Assembly: GCF_040119285.1 (NCBI RefSeq)
Contig: NZ_JBEDTY010000039.1
Span: 18,970-82,969 of the forward strand
Reading direction: 5' to 3'
DNA: 64,000 nucleotides
Origin: Alcanivorax sp.
Lineage (GTDB): Bacteria > Pseudomonadota > Gammaproteobacteria > Pseudomonadales > Alcanivoracaceae
Shown here: in pieces, positions 52,731 to 61,658 of the stretch
Layout: each line of letters opens with the position of its first letter
Numbering within the stretch: position 1 is the first letter of the stretch
Notes under the pieces: generated by a model
Told to the model about the DNA's origin: nothing
The model's database searches: none
The model's input: the letters and a program-made list of their open reading frames with translations, nothing else
Position numbers and translations under genes: made by a program

Positions 52731-54158
52731 ATGAAGCGTAGCCCGGCAACGCCCCTAGTTCTTCTTCTTACCTCACTGGCCAGTGCCGTTCAGGCCGCTG
52801 ACCTTACTGAAGTCGCCAACGCAGCCTGGAGCTACGACGGCACCTGGCGCGCCGCCCGCCAGACCTGGGAAGCGGATCAGGAAACGCTGGTACAGGGGCG
52901 GGCCGCGCTGCTGCCGACCATCGATGCCAGCCACCGCCATTCGGAAATCAACCAAACCTACGAATCGACGGGTGACCTGGAGATAGACGGTAGATCTCGT
53001 TCCACCTCGGTGACGCTAACGCAACCGCTGTTCCGCCTGGATGCCTTCTACGGCTACAAGGAAGCCAAGTCGCTGACCTCCGTAGCCCAGGCCGAGTTCT
53101 ACCAGTCCCGCCAGGATTTCGTGCTGCGCGTGGCGCAGGGCTACTTCGGCGTGCTGCGCGCCTGGGACACCCTGGTGTCCGCCCAGGCCGAGGAGAAGGC
53201 GATCAGCCGGCAGCTGGAACAATCCCAGGAACGTTTCGACGTGGGCCTGGTGGCCAGCACCGATGTGGAAGAAGCGCGCGCCGCCTACGACCTGGCCCGG
53301 GTGAACCTGATCGTCGCCGAGCAGGAATTCGATATCGCCCGCGACCAGTTAGAAACACTCACTGGTCGTAAATGGGAGACGCTGGCGGAGTTGCGCGACA
53401 ATCTGCCGATGGAGGGGCCGCAACCGTCAAAAATGAATGCCTGGATCGATAAGGCCGCGTACCAGAATCCGCAGATTCTCGCCGCCCGCTACAGCGCCAA
53501 AGCAGCGGGTTTTACGGCCGACCGACAACTGGGGGCCATGCTTCCAAAGGTTCAATTGTTCGCTGAGTATCAGCACAACCACAATACCGATCCAAGCGTC
53601 TCGGGAGGCGATCCCGGCAATCAACTCACGCAATTCTACTCGACGCAACCGGACACTAATTCAAAGACTATCGGCATTGAAGTAACCGTGCCGCTGTTCC
53701 GCGGTGGCGGCCTCAACAGCCAGCGCAAGCAGGCGGCCCTGCTCGCCGACGCCGCCGGCCAGCGGTACCAGCAGACGATTCGCGACATCAGCCAGCAGGC
53801 GCGCACGTTCTACCGCACCGTGGAAGCCGACGCCCTGCGCGTGGAAGCCCGCCGCCAGGCGATCCGCTCCACCCGTTCCGCCCTGGAAGCCACCCAGTCC
53901 GGCTACGAAGTGGGCACCCGTAACGTGGTCGACGTGCTCAACGCCCAACAGGCGCTGTACGCCGCCGAGCGCGACTATGCCAACGCCCGTTACGACTACA
54001 TCATCAACTCCCTGACCCTGAAATCCACCACCGGCGACCTGCAGCAGGGCGACCTGGCGGCCATCAACCAGTGGTTGTCGGACACGGAAACTCTGAACAT
54101 CTACCAGCCGGACCTGGAAGGCCGCAGCGACGCGCTGGTGCCGGATACACGTTATTGA
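52731..54158 (+). CDS. tolC: TolC-family outer membrane channel
   Basis: 475 aa with signal peptide ...SLASAVQA and the duplicated OEP repeat structure typical of TolC/OpmH. Confidence 0.9.
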   Translation: MKRSPATPLVLLLTSLASAVQAADLTEVANAAWSYDGTWRAARQTWEADQETLVQGRAALLPTIDASHRHSEINQTYESTGDLEIDGRSRSTSVTLTQPLFRLDAFYGYKEAKSLTSVAQAEFYQSRQDFVLRVAQGYFGVLRAWDTLVSAQAEEKAISRQLEQSQERFDVGLVASTDVEEARAAYDLARVNLIVAEQEFDIARDQLETLTGRKWETLAELRDNLPMEGPQPSKMNAWIDKAAYQNPQILAARYSAKAAGFTADRQLGAMLPKVQLFAEYQHNHNTDPSVSGGDPGNQLTQFYSTQPDTNSKTIGIEVTVPLFRGGGLNSQRKQAALLADAAGQRYQQTIRDISQQARTFYRTVEADALRVEARRQAIRSTRSALEATQSGYEVGTRNVVDVLNAQQALYAAERDYANARYDYIINSLTLKSTTGDLQQGDLAAINQWLSDTETLNIYQPDLEGRSDALVPDTRY

Positions 54159-54165
54159 AAGGCAA

Positions 54166-54321
54166 TGTAGGAGCCATGCTTGCATGGCGAACCGAGCCCT
54201 AGCGAGGAAAAGGCGTTGCAGGATCCTCCGGAATCTCACCTGAGGAATCGGATACGCCTTCTCGCCCTGTGGTGCTTGTGCTTCGTTTCGTGAGGTTCGC
54301 CATGCGAGCATGGCTCCTACA
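54166..54321. repeat. REP-type palindromic doublet (inverted pair of 28-bp REP arms with about 100 bp between them)
   Basis: Left arm tgtaggagccatgcttgcatggcgaacc (54166-54193) and right arm ggttcgccatgcgagcatggctcctaca (54294-54321) are reverse complements at 27 of 28 positions. Each arm is itself a hairpin (gccatgc/gcatggc). Fills the gap between convergent tolC and waaA. Confidence 0.75.
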
Positions 54322-54334
54322 ACAGCCCCTGCTT

Positions 54335-55591
54335 TTACTGTTCACTAATCAGTTTAAGCCCCTTCTCCAGCGCCCCACGATTGGCTTCCACCACCGCTGC
54401 TGCCGCCTGCCCCTGACGCTGGCGTTGATCCGGATAACGGAACAGCGCCTGCAGGGCAATGGCCAGGGCATCCGCATTGTCCACCAGGGTCAGGGCACCG
54501 GCGTCATCCAGCAGATTGGAGATGGCGGTAAAGTTGTGCAGGTGGGGGCCAGTGAGCACCGGCTTTCCCCAGCCGGCCGGTTCCAGCAGATTGTGCCCGC
54601 CCACCGGCACCAGGGAACCGCCCACAAAGGCCACGTCGGCCACCCCGAACAACATCAACAACTCGCCCATGGTATCGGCCAGGTAAACCTGGGTGTCGGC
54701 GGCGATGGTGTCCTGCTTGCTGCGCCGGGCCAGGCCAAGTCCCTGCTGGCGGACCAGCTGGGCCACGCTGTCGAAACGCTCCGGATGCCGGGGCACCAGC
54801 ATCAGCAGGGTCTGCGGTGCCGTTTCCAGTAGAGCCTTGTGCGCTGCCAGCACCGGCTCGTCTTCACCGGGATGGGTACTGGCGGCGATCCACACCGGAC
54901 GCTCGCCAATAGCGGCACGTAAATCCCCTGCCGCCTGACGCACAGCATCATCCAAACTCATGTCGAATTTCACGCTGCCGATGGCATGGACCCGTTCCGG
55001 CCAGGCACCCAGAGCCACATAGCGTTTCGCCTCCACCGGGGTCTGCACCGCCAGGGCATCGAAGCGCGCCATCATGGGCCGCACCAGACGGGGAAACTTG
55101 CGGTAGCCCCGGTAGCTTTTCTCCGACAGCCGCCCGTTCATCAGCATCAGTTTGGCTCCGTGACGCTTCACCGCCGCACACAGGTTGGGCCACAACTCGG
55201 TCTCCAGCACGATCACCATTTTCGGATCAAAAGCGCGCAGAAAACGGGTCAATGCCGTGGGCAGCTCCCAGGGGCAATACACATGGGTCACCCGATCGCC
55301 GAACAGGGCTTTCACCCGCTCTGAACCGGTGGGTGTGGTGGTGGTCACCAGTAAAGGCACATCAGGGTAGTCTTCCAGCAACCGCTCAATTAACGGCGCC
55401 GCCGCCAATGTTTCCCCCACCGACACCGCATGCACCCAAAGGCTTTTTTTCAAGATCCCGGACCGGTACCCCCACGCCATGCGCTCCTTCCACCGCAAAC
55501 GATAAGCCGGTGCTTTTCTACCTCTCAGCCACAAGCGCAGAAAAAGAGCGGGAAGCAGCAAATACCAAAGGGCGGAATAAATAGTTCGCAT
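54335..55591 (-). CDS. waaA: 3-deoxy-D-manno-octulosonic acid (Kdo) transferase
   Basis: ORF trimmed to ATG 55591 (MRTIYSALWYLLLPALFLRLWLRG). Has the N-terminal Kdo-transferase motif LWVHAVSVGE and a GT-B C-domain. Confidence 0.9.
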   Translation of the reverse strand: MRTIYSALWYLLLPALFLRLWLRGRKAPAYRLRWKERMAWGYRSGILKKSLWVHAVSVGETLAAAPLIERLLEDYPDVPLLVTTTTPTGSERVKALFGDRVTHVYCPWELPTALTRFLRAFDPKMVIVLETELWPNLCAAVKRHGAKLMLMNGRLSEKSYRGYRKFPRLVRPMMARFDALAVQTPVEAKRYVALGAWPERVHAIGSVKFDMSLDDAVRQAAGDLRAAIGERPVWIAASTHPGEDEPVLAAHKALLETAPQTLLMLVPRHPERFDSVAQLVRQQGLGLARRSKQDTIAADTQVYLADTMGELLMLFGVADVAFVGGSLVPVGGHNLLEPAGWGKPVLTGPHLHNFTAISNLLDDAGALTLVDNADALAIALQALFRYPDQRQRQGQAAAAVVEANRGALEKGLKLISEQ

Positions 55592-55738
55592 AGGGGCTCT
55601 TATCTCAATGTAGAGGCAATACACGGGCAACGCGCACAGCCCAAAACACATGATCCATCTTGTCTGTGTCAGCGCCGATGCGCGTGCCAGCGGCCTTGCT
55701 TATGCTAGCATAGCCGCACAGTTCAACGATGGTGAGCC

Positions 55739-56947
55739 ATGAGTGACTCGACCCTAAAACCCGACACAATCCACCCAGACATTGTGGTCTTTGGTGGCGG
55801 CATTGCCGGCCTGTGGCTAATAAACCGGCTCCACGCCGCCGGCTACCAATGCCTACTGCTGGAATCCGCCAGCCTTGGTGGCGACCAGACCCTCGCGAGC
55901 CAGGGGATTATCCACGGCGGCCTCAAGTATGCCTTAAGCGGCAACCTGTCCAACGAATCCGAAGCGATTGCCCAGATGCCGGATCGCTGGCGTGCCGCCA
56001 TGGCCGGCACCGACTCGGTAGACCTGCGCAACCTGAAAGTGCTCAGCGATACTCAACACATGTGGTCCAGCGGATCAGTGGCCTCACGGATGACTAACTT
56101 TTTCGCTAGCAAGATGCTCCGTGGCCGAATCGAAAAAATCAAGCGTGACCATTTCCCCAGCGCGCTGGCCAATAAGGCTTTCAAAGGCAACGTCTATAAA
56201 CTCGACGACCTAGTGATCGACACCGAATCACTGATCGACACCCTTAGCGCCCCAGTCCGAGACCGGCTACTGGCGTTCGATACCCAGCGCGATACTCTAG
56301 AATGGAATAACGACGGCCTGCGCGCCGTCACCATTAATGGCCAGCGCATTGAGCCACGGCTGACCCTGCTGGCCGCCGGCAACGGTAACCCAGCTCTGCT
56401 TGACGGCGCTCATCGCGCCCACCTTTTGGAACAGGAACACAGCCAGCTGCGGCCATTGAAAATGGTGCTGGTAAAACACGACCAAGGCCATCGGCTTTAC
56501 GCCCACTGTGTTGGCACCAGCAACAAACCCGTGCTCACTGTGACCACCCACGATTGTCCGGACGGCAAGGTGGTGTGGTACCTCGGCGGCGACTTGGCAG
56601 AGCGGGGGGTAGAGCGTACTGATGAAGAACAACTACATGCCGGTCGGGAAGAATTATCGCACCTTTTCCCTTGGCTAGATTTTAGCAACGCTCAATTCGC
56701 CACCCTAGATGTGACCCGCGCCGAACCCAAACAACATGCGCTGGTCAAGCCGGATAACGCCTACGCCCGCCGGGATCAAAACCTGATCATCGCCTGGCCC
56801 ACTAAACTCACCCTGGCGCCGGATCTAGGCGACCGGGTAATGGCGCTGGTGGAAGAAACGGGCCTTCAACCCGGCGAGCCATTAACGATACCGCCAGCCC
56901 TTCAACGGGCGCCCATGGGCGTACCGTACTGGCATCGCTGTTTTTAA
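55739..56947 (+). CDS. FAD-dependent oxidoreductase (DAO/GlpD-like)
   Basis: 402 aa with the dinucleotide-binding motif DIVVFGGGIAGLWL. Confidence 0.75.
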   Translation: MSDSTLKPDTIHPDIVVFGGGIAGLWLINRLHAAGYQCLLLESASLGGDQTLASQGIIHGGLKYALSGNLSNESEAIAQMPDRWRAAMAGTDSVDLRNLKVLSDTQHMWSSGSVASRMTNFFASKMLRGRIEKIKRDHFPSALANKAFKGNVYKLDDLVIDTESLIDTLSAPVRDRLLAFDTQRDTLEWNNDGLRAVTINGQRIEPRLTLLAAGNGNPALLDGAHRAHLLEQEHSQLRPLKMVLVKHDQGHRLYAHCVGTSNKPVLTVTTHDCPDGKVVWYLGGDLAERGVERTDEEQLHAGREELSHLFPWLDFSNAQFATLDVTRAEPKQHALVKPDNAYARRDQNLIIAWPTKLTLAPDLGDRVMALVEETGLQPGEPLTIPPALQRAPMGVPYWHRCF

Positions 56948-57189
56948 TGATTACTGTAGCAAAGCGTCGTTGGTGCTGCGCAAATGTCAGTTGAACGTTA
57001 AAGCGCAAAGGGAGAAAGGAGAAGGATGAATAATCTTTTCATCCCGAACCCGAGACTGACCTGGCATGGGCGCGACGCCCAAGCATTAAATGGACACAAG
57101 TCCAGCGCCGCTACTGAACCGAAAACTTGCAACCGTTCCTCATCACACCGCTAGCAACGGACCTGCAGCGACACCAATAAGGAAGCATC

Positions 57190-57987
57190 ATGTCCTTCAT
57201 GCGCCCACTGGGCAACACAGGATTAACCGTCAGTGCACTGGGCTTGGGCACAGTGAAAATCGGCCGCGATAAGGGAGTGAAGTACCCCAACAGCTTCACC
57301 ATCCCCGATGATCGTGCGGTAACAGAACTACTCGCTCAGGCACAGGATCTGGGCATCAACCTAATCGACACAGCGCCGGCCTACGGTCACAGTGAACAGC
57401 GGCTCGGTCAGTTAATGAGCCAACGCCAAGACTGGGTCATCGTCACCAAGGTCGGTGAAGAATTTGATAACAACAGTGGTGACAGCCATTTTGATTTTTC
57501 ACCGGAACACGTGCGTTTCTCGGTGGAACGTAGCCTGCAACGGCTCAACACGGACTATCTGGATTGCGTGCTGATTCACTCCGACGGCAATGACCTGGCA
57601 ATCATCGAAAAGGGCACTCTGGACGCTCTCAACGACCTGAAAAAAGCCGGCCTGATCCGCGCCACAGGCATGTCCACGAAAACCGTGGCTGGCGGCATCG
57701 CCAGCCTGAATCACGCGGACATGGCCATGGTCACCTACAACCTGCATCAGCAAGACGAAGCCCCCGTGATCGAGCACGCCGCCGCCCGGCAAAAAGGCAT
57801 CCTAATCAAGAAGGCCTTTGCCAGCGGTCACCTCAATGACACCCTTGATGACCCGGTACAGGAAAGTCTGGACCAAATCCTTGGCATCGCCGGCGTTAGC
57901 AGTATCATTGCTGGCACCATTAACCCCGCCCACTTACAAGAAAACGTGGCCAAAGCCCGGCAGGCCTGCAAGATGGCAGCGCAATAA
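57190..57987 (+). CDS. aldo/keto reductase
   Basis: 265 aa. Motifs LGLGTVKIG and INLIDTAPAYGHSE. SD AAGGAA upstream. Confidence 0.85.
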   Translation: MSFMRPLGNTGLTVSALGLGTVKIGRDKGVKYPNSFTIPDDRAVTELLAQAQDLGINLIDTAPAYGHSEQRLGQLMSQRQDWVIVTKVGEEFDNNSGDSHFDFSPEHVRFSVERSLQRLNTDYLDCVLIHSDGNDLAIIEKGTLDALNDLKKAGLIRATGMSTKTVAGGIASLNHADMAMVTYNLHQQDEAPVIEHAAARQKGILIKKAFASGHLNDTLDDPVQESLDQILGIAGVSSIIAGTINPAHLQENVAKARQACKMAAQ

Positions 57988-58004
57988 TAACAACAGGAAA
58001 CAGC

Positions 58005-58334
58005 ATGCGTTTTTGTCTGATGATTCTGCTACTCGGCTCCTGCCTCGCAGCACAGGCGGATAAAATACGGCTACTGCGCGAAGCCCCTCAGGAGTGCGAA
58101 GAAAAAAGCGCGGTTTCGGTATCGTCCGGCAGCAAAATGCGGGGCATGTTGTTCAGCGATGCGCGAATAGATCGCCACGTGAACAAGAAGCTCACCAGAG
58201 CCATCAAAAAAGCCGGCGGCAATCGCGCCATGCTCAGCGACCGCCGCGAGTTTATGATGGAGAATCATTTTCGCGGTATTGAGCATATTGAGCTGGATGC
58301 CTGGGTTTGGCACTGCGAAGAGAAAGAGCGCTAG
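58005..58334 (+). CDS. small secreted protein or lipoprotein (DUF4156-like, tentative)
   Basis: 109 aa with signal peptide MRFCLMILLLGSCLAAQA. The family resemblance is weak and from memory. Confidence 0.5.
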   Translation: MRFCLMILLLGSCLAAQADKIRLLREAPQECEEKSAVSVSSGSKMRGMLFSDARIDRHVNKKLTRAIKKAGGNRAMLSDRREFMMENHFRGIEHIELDAWVWHCEEKER

Positions 58335-58454
58335 GCGCTACACTATTTGAAGTGCCCTGGCTCACAAAACACCACGCCCAAACCTTTTAGCTCGACCTGG
58401 CAGGATTACGCCACGTAGAAAGCAAAACCTGTTGCAGCGTGAAGCGCTTGCACA

Positions 58455-59300
58455 TTACCCCACTACTGCTTTCTCCACCCCCAACGACTGTAATCCCGCA
58501 CGATGCCCCTGCTGATATCCTTGCTGCAATTTTTCCACATTGGTGGTCAACCGATTCACCGGGAAGTGCATCGGTGGGGCGATAACATTGAGGCAACAAT
58601 CATCAGGCGGGCTGTCAATAAAATCCAATGCTCTATTATAGACATCTGTACGTTTCGCCATGGCTTCATAAAAGGCGGGGATATCACGAGCCCAAGGCTT
58701 TAATAAAGGCGTCAACGCACTAGGGCGTTTGCGGAAACCCTGAGGGCGGGACAACACCACGGTGATATCCCGCGCGCCCTGTTCGTAAGCCCAACGCACC
58801 GGAATGGAATCCGCTAGCCCGCCATCGGTCATGGGGTGGCCGGCCACCTTGGGAAAGTCTCGGTAGGCAAAAGGAATAGAACAGGACGCGGTGATTACCT
58901 CATCTAAATTACTCGGCTGGGTCTGAAAATAACGCGGCGCCCCGTCTTCTATCGAGGTAGTCACTACCCACAGAGAAGTATTTCCCTGCCAATGTCTCTC
59001 CAAATTCAACGGCACGTCTATGCGAGACTGGTGCCACAACCAGTGCACATCACACAAATGTCCACCCGACATAAAACGTGACCAGTTGATAAAGTCCGGT
59101 CGACAGGCATGGTCGGTGATCACTTGACGGCTGCGGCCATGATTACCTGCCAGATAGCCGATCAGATTGGTCGAGCCGGCAGACGCGCCCACGGCGAAAT
59201 CGAAATCCTGATGTTTTTTTTCCAAAAACGCATCCAACACCCCGGCAGCAAAAATACCGCGCATGGCACCGCCTTCCACTACCAACGCACGCTGTGACAT
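58455..59300 (-). CDS. patatin-like phospholipase family protein
   Basis: ORF 58455..59366 trimmed to ATG 59300 (GGAGG 7 nt upstream; MSQRALVVEGGAMRGIF). Has oxyanion GGAMRG, nucleophile GASAGS, and the catalytic Asp in MTDGGLAD. Confidence 0.85.
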   Translation of the reverse strand: MSQRALVVEGGAMRGIFAAGVLDAFLEKKHQDFDFAVGASAGSTNLIGYLAGNHGRSRQVITDHACRPDFINWSRFMSGGHLCDVHWLWHQSRIDVPLNLERHWQGNTSLWVVTTSIEDGAPRYFQTQPSNLDEVITASCSIPFAYRDFPKVAGHPMTDGGLADSIPVRWAYEQGARDITVVLSRPQGFRKRPSALTPLLKPWARDIPAFYEAMAKRTDVYNRALDFIDSPPDDCCLNVIAPPMHFPVNRLTTNVEKLQQGYQQGHRAGLQSLGVEKAVVG

Positions 59301-59580
59301 TCTTTTCCCTCCACCTCGAACCGGTCTGGGCTGTACGTCCTTGAATCGGTTCAACAACGATGCCAAGGCCTCCCAAAGAAGGGAAATAGAGTCTTACTGT
59401 CCTTTTCATCGTCATCGCTGATACATCCCACAGCCGCCGTCAGGGAAGGCACTGCGGGGCTGCACCGATACCGCGCAGCTGCATCAGATTAGCGCACCCA
59501 GTGTCTGGACATAGCTCTCTTCACTCAACATTAACCTTATTAATTACTGTAAAAACAAAGCGTTAAATATTTTTCATGGC

Positions 59581-59596
59581 TGGCACCCCCTTTGCA
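59581..59596 (+). promoter_or_regulatory. sigma-54 (RpoN) -24/-12 promoter upstream of allophanate hydrolase
   Basis: TGGCAC-ccccT-TTGCA exactly fits the consensus TGGCAC-N5-TTGCW, 44 nt upstream of ATG 59640. An AT-rich, IHF-like tract (59529-59575, aaacaaagcgtta) precedes it. Confidence 0.65.
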
Positions 59597-59639
59597 CAAA
59601 TAAGAATACCAACTTGTGTACAACCAGGTGTGCTAACGA

Positions 59640-61439
59640 ATGATTGGCTGGACTCTTCAACAATGGCAGATGGCCTACCGCAGCGGTGAACTCACCCCGG
59701 TACAGGCCATGAAACAACTGGCCACCACTCTGCAGGATAGTGAGCGCGCCCTGTGGATCCATCTCCTGGATGAGGCTTCCTTGACGGCCCAGGCGCAAGC
59801 GCTAACGGATCCATCGCTGCCACTCTATGGCATTCCCTTTGCCGTGAAAGACAACATTGATGTTGTGGGCATGCCCACAACAGCAGCCTGCCCGGCATTC
59901 GCCTACACCCCGACGGAAGACGCCACCGTGGTACGACTACTGCGCGACGCCGGCGCCATCGTCGTAGGCAAGACCAATCTGGATCAGTTTGCCACCGGTC
60001 TGGTTGGCACTCGTTCCCCCTATGGCGAAGTACCCAATCCATTCAACCCGGATTACCTCAGTGGTGGCTCCAGTTCAGGTTCCGCCACGGCCGTGAGCCT
60101 GGGCCTGGTACCCTTTTCACTGGGCACCGATACCGCCGGTTCCGGCCGGGTACCTGCAGCGTTCACCAACACGGTGGGCCTCAAGCCCACCCGCGGTGCC
60201 ATTAGCACCCACGGTGTTGTTCCTGCCTGCCGGACCCTTGATTGCGTCAGCATCTTTGCCCTGAACGTGGACGATGCCCAAGAGATCTTTCGACTCATCA
60301 GCCAGTTCGACAGCGCAGATCCTTACAGCCGCGCAGCTCCCCGATTGCTAACCACCGGACTCCCCGAACGCCCGACTCTCGGCATCCCCAAAGACCTTCC
60401 CTGGTTCGAGGATAGCCAAGCCCAACAGCTGTGGGAGCGACAGCTGGACCAGCTCAGAGAGATTGCCAACCTGATCACTATCGACACCACGGTGTTGCAG
60501 GATGCCGCCGCTTTACTCTATCAGGGCCCCTGGGTGGCGGAACGTTTCATTGTCACCGAACCCTTGTTGCAAAAAAGCCCCTACACCTTGCTGCCAGTAA
60601 TTCGTGACATTCTCGCCCCCGCCGCCGCCCTGACAGCAGCGGACAGTTTCCGGGCCCAGTACCAGCTGGCTGAATTGAAACGGCAGTCCGAAGCACTAAT
60701 GGCCCAGGTTGATGCATTGTTGCTCCCCACTACGCCCGGCATCTACACCCGCGCCGCCGTGCAAGCCAACCCCATCACCCTGAACAGCCAGCTAGGCACC
60801 TGGACCAATTTCGTCAACCTCTTGGACCTGTGCGCCCTGGCATTGCCCGGCGGCTTCCGTGAAGACGGCTTGCCCGGCGGTGTCACCCTAATTGGCCCCG
60901 CTTGGCAGGACCACGCCCTGGCCGACTTCGGCCGGCGCTGGCAGCAGGCCCAGCCCTGGCAGGCCGGCGCTACCGGACAGCGGCTGGCCAAGCCGCAGAC
61001 CCATGCGGCCAATGATGATGAGGACGATGTAATGACTGTCGCCGTGGTTGGCGCACACCTTTCCGGCATGCCCCTCAATACCCAGCTCACCGAACGCGAC
61101 GGCGTGTTGCTCGAAGCCACCCACACGGCGCCCTGTTATCGGCTCTACGCCCTGGCCAACACTGTGCCGCCCAAACCCGGGCTGATTCGTAGCGAAAAAG
61201 ACGGGGGTGACTGCATTCCCATCGAGCTGTGGCGAATGCCGATGAAGCACTTCGGCAGTTTTGTCGGCTTAATCCCCGCCCCACTGGGCATCGGTAGTCT
61301 GGAAACCACCGACGGTCGCTGGGTGAAAGGCTTTATCTGTGAACCCTGGGCCATTGGGGACGCCACCGACATTACCGCACTGGGCGGCTGGAGAAACTAC
61401 ATCGCGCAAGTGGCGACAAACGCTCAGGAAACACACTGA
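59640..61439 (+). CDS. atzF: allophanate hydrolase (AtzF-type)
   Basis: 599 aa with an amidase-signature domain (GGSSSGSATAV) plus a C-terminal extension of about 130 aa typical of allophanate hydrolases (GIGSLETTDGRWVKGFICE). Confidence 0.85.
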   Translation: MIGWTLQQWQMAYRSGELTPVQAMKQLATTLQDSERALWIHLLDEASLTAQAQALTDPSLPLYGIPFAVKDNIDVVGMPTTAACPAFAYTPTEDATVVRLLRDAGAIVVGKTNLDQFATGLVGTRSPYGEVPNPFNPDYLSGGSSSGSATAVSLGLVPFSLGTDTAGSGRVPAAFTNTVGLKPTRGAISTHGVVPACRTLDCVSIFALNVDDAQEIFRLISQFDSADPYSRAAPRLLTTGLPERPTLGIPKDLPWFEDSQAQQLWERQLDQLREIANLITIDTTVLQDAAALLYQGPWVAERFIVTEPLLQKSPYTLLPVIRDILAPAAALTAADSFRAQYQLAELKRQSEALMAQVDALLLPTTPGIYTRAAVQANPITLNSQLGTWTNFVNLLDLCALALPGGFREDGLPGGVTLIGPAWQDHALADFGRRWQQAQPWQAGATGQRLAKPQTHAANDDEDDVMTVAVVGAHLSGMPLNTQLTERDGVLLEATHTAPCYRLYALANTVPPKPGLIRSEKDGGDCIPIELWRMPMKHFGSFVGLIPAPLGIGSLETTDGRWVKGFICEPWAIGDATDITALGGWRNYIAQVATNAQETH

Positions 61440-61648
61440 TGAAGCCGTGGCGCTGGGGGGCGCTAACCGCTGCAAAACAGCGTTGTGAATTCGGTCTCAC
61501 GGCACAGAACGCCGCTAGCAGCGACCGCCACAGCCATCTGATCAATGCACACATCAGCGGCAACGTTATTGTTCTGCATTGCCTGCCTGGAGCCATCATT
61601 AACGCCCGCGATCCAGTGATCGCCATCAACACCGCCGCGATGGCCTGA
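61439..61648 (+). CDS. candidate 69-aa ORF whose start overlaps the atzF stop (unverified)
   Basis: Its ATG overlaps the atzF stop (TGATG), and it ends 10 nt before the GntR start, so it fills the whole 219-bp gap. No family recognised. Confidence 0.3.
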   Translation: MKPWRWGALTAAKQRCEFGLTAQNAASSDRHSHLINAHISGNVIVLHCLPGAIINARDPVIAINTAAMA

Positions 61649-61658
61649 GGAATCAAAG

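Noticed and set aside
53661-54832. ORFs 53661..54311 (-) and 54269..54832 (+) that cross the tolC/waaA gap
   Set aside because: Both run antisense through tolC or waaA and across the REP doublet. The apparent coding potential comes from GC-rich antisense frames.
57026-57154. 42-codon ORF (MNNLFIPNPRLTWHGRDAQ...) preceded by GGAGAAAGGAGAAGG, between the FAD oxidoreductase and the aldo/keto reductase
   Set aside because: The ATG sits inside a perfect 7-bp hairpin (ggatgaa / ttcatcc). Codon usage includes several codons rare for this genome (aga, tta, gga), and the product has no features. It is more likely a structured intergenic element than a gene.
59214-59221. A8/T8 homopolymer tracts inside coding regions: the patatin gene at 59214-59221 and the GntR gene at 61676-61683. 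These could be phase-variation slippage sites
   Set aside because: Both simply encode Lys-Lys (AAA AAA) in frame in otherwise intact genes. Eight nucleotides is short for phase variation, and nothing else suggests contingency loci.
58455-59300. Patatin-like phospholipase as a possible effector of a CBASS-type or other defence system
   Set aside because: There is no cyclase, sensor or other defence-type partner gene adjacent. Its neighbours are a small secreted protein and the nitrogen-regulated atzF, so it looks like a stand-alone housekeeping-type patatin.
61372-61656. 94-aa minus-strand ORF spanning the atzF/GntR gap
   Set aside because: It overlaps the 3' end of atzF in antisense and has no RBS. 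The plus-strand 69-codon ORF, with its start/stop overlap, explains the coding-like composition better.
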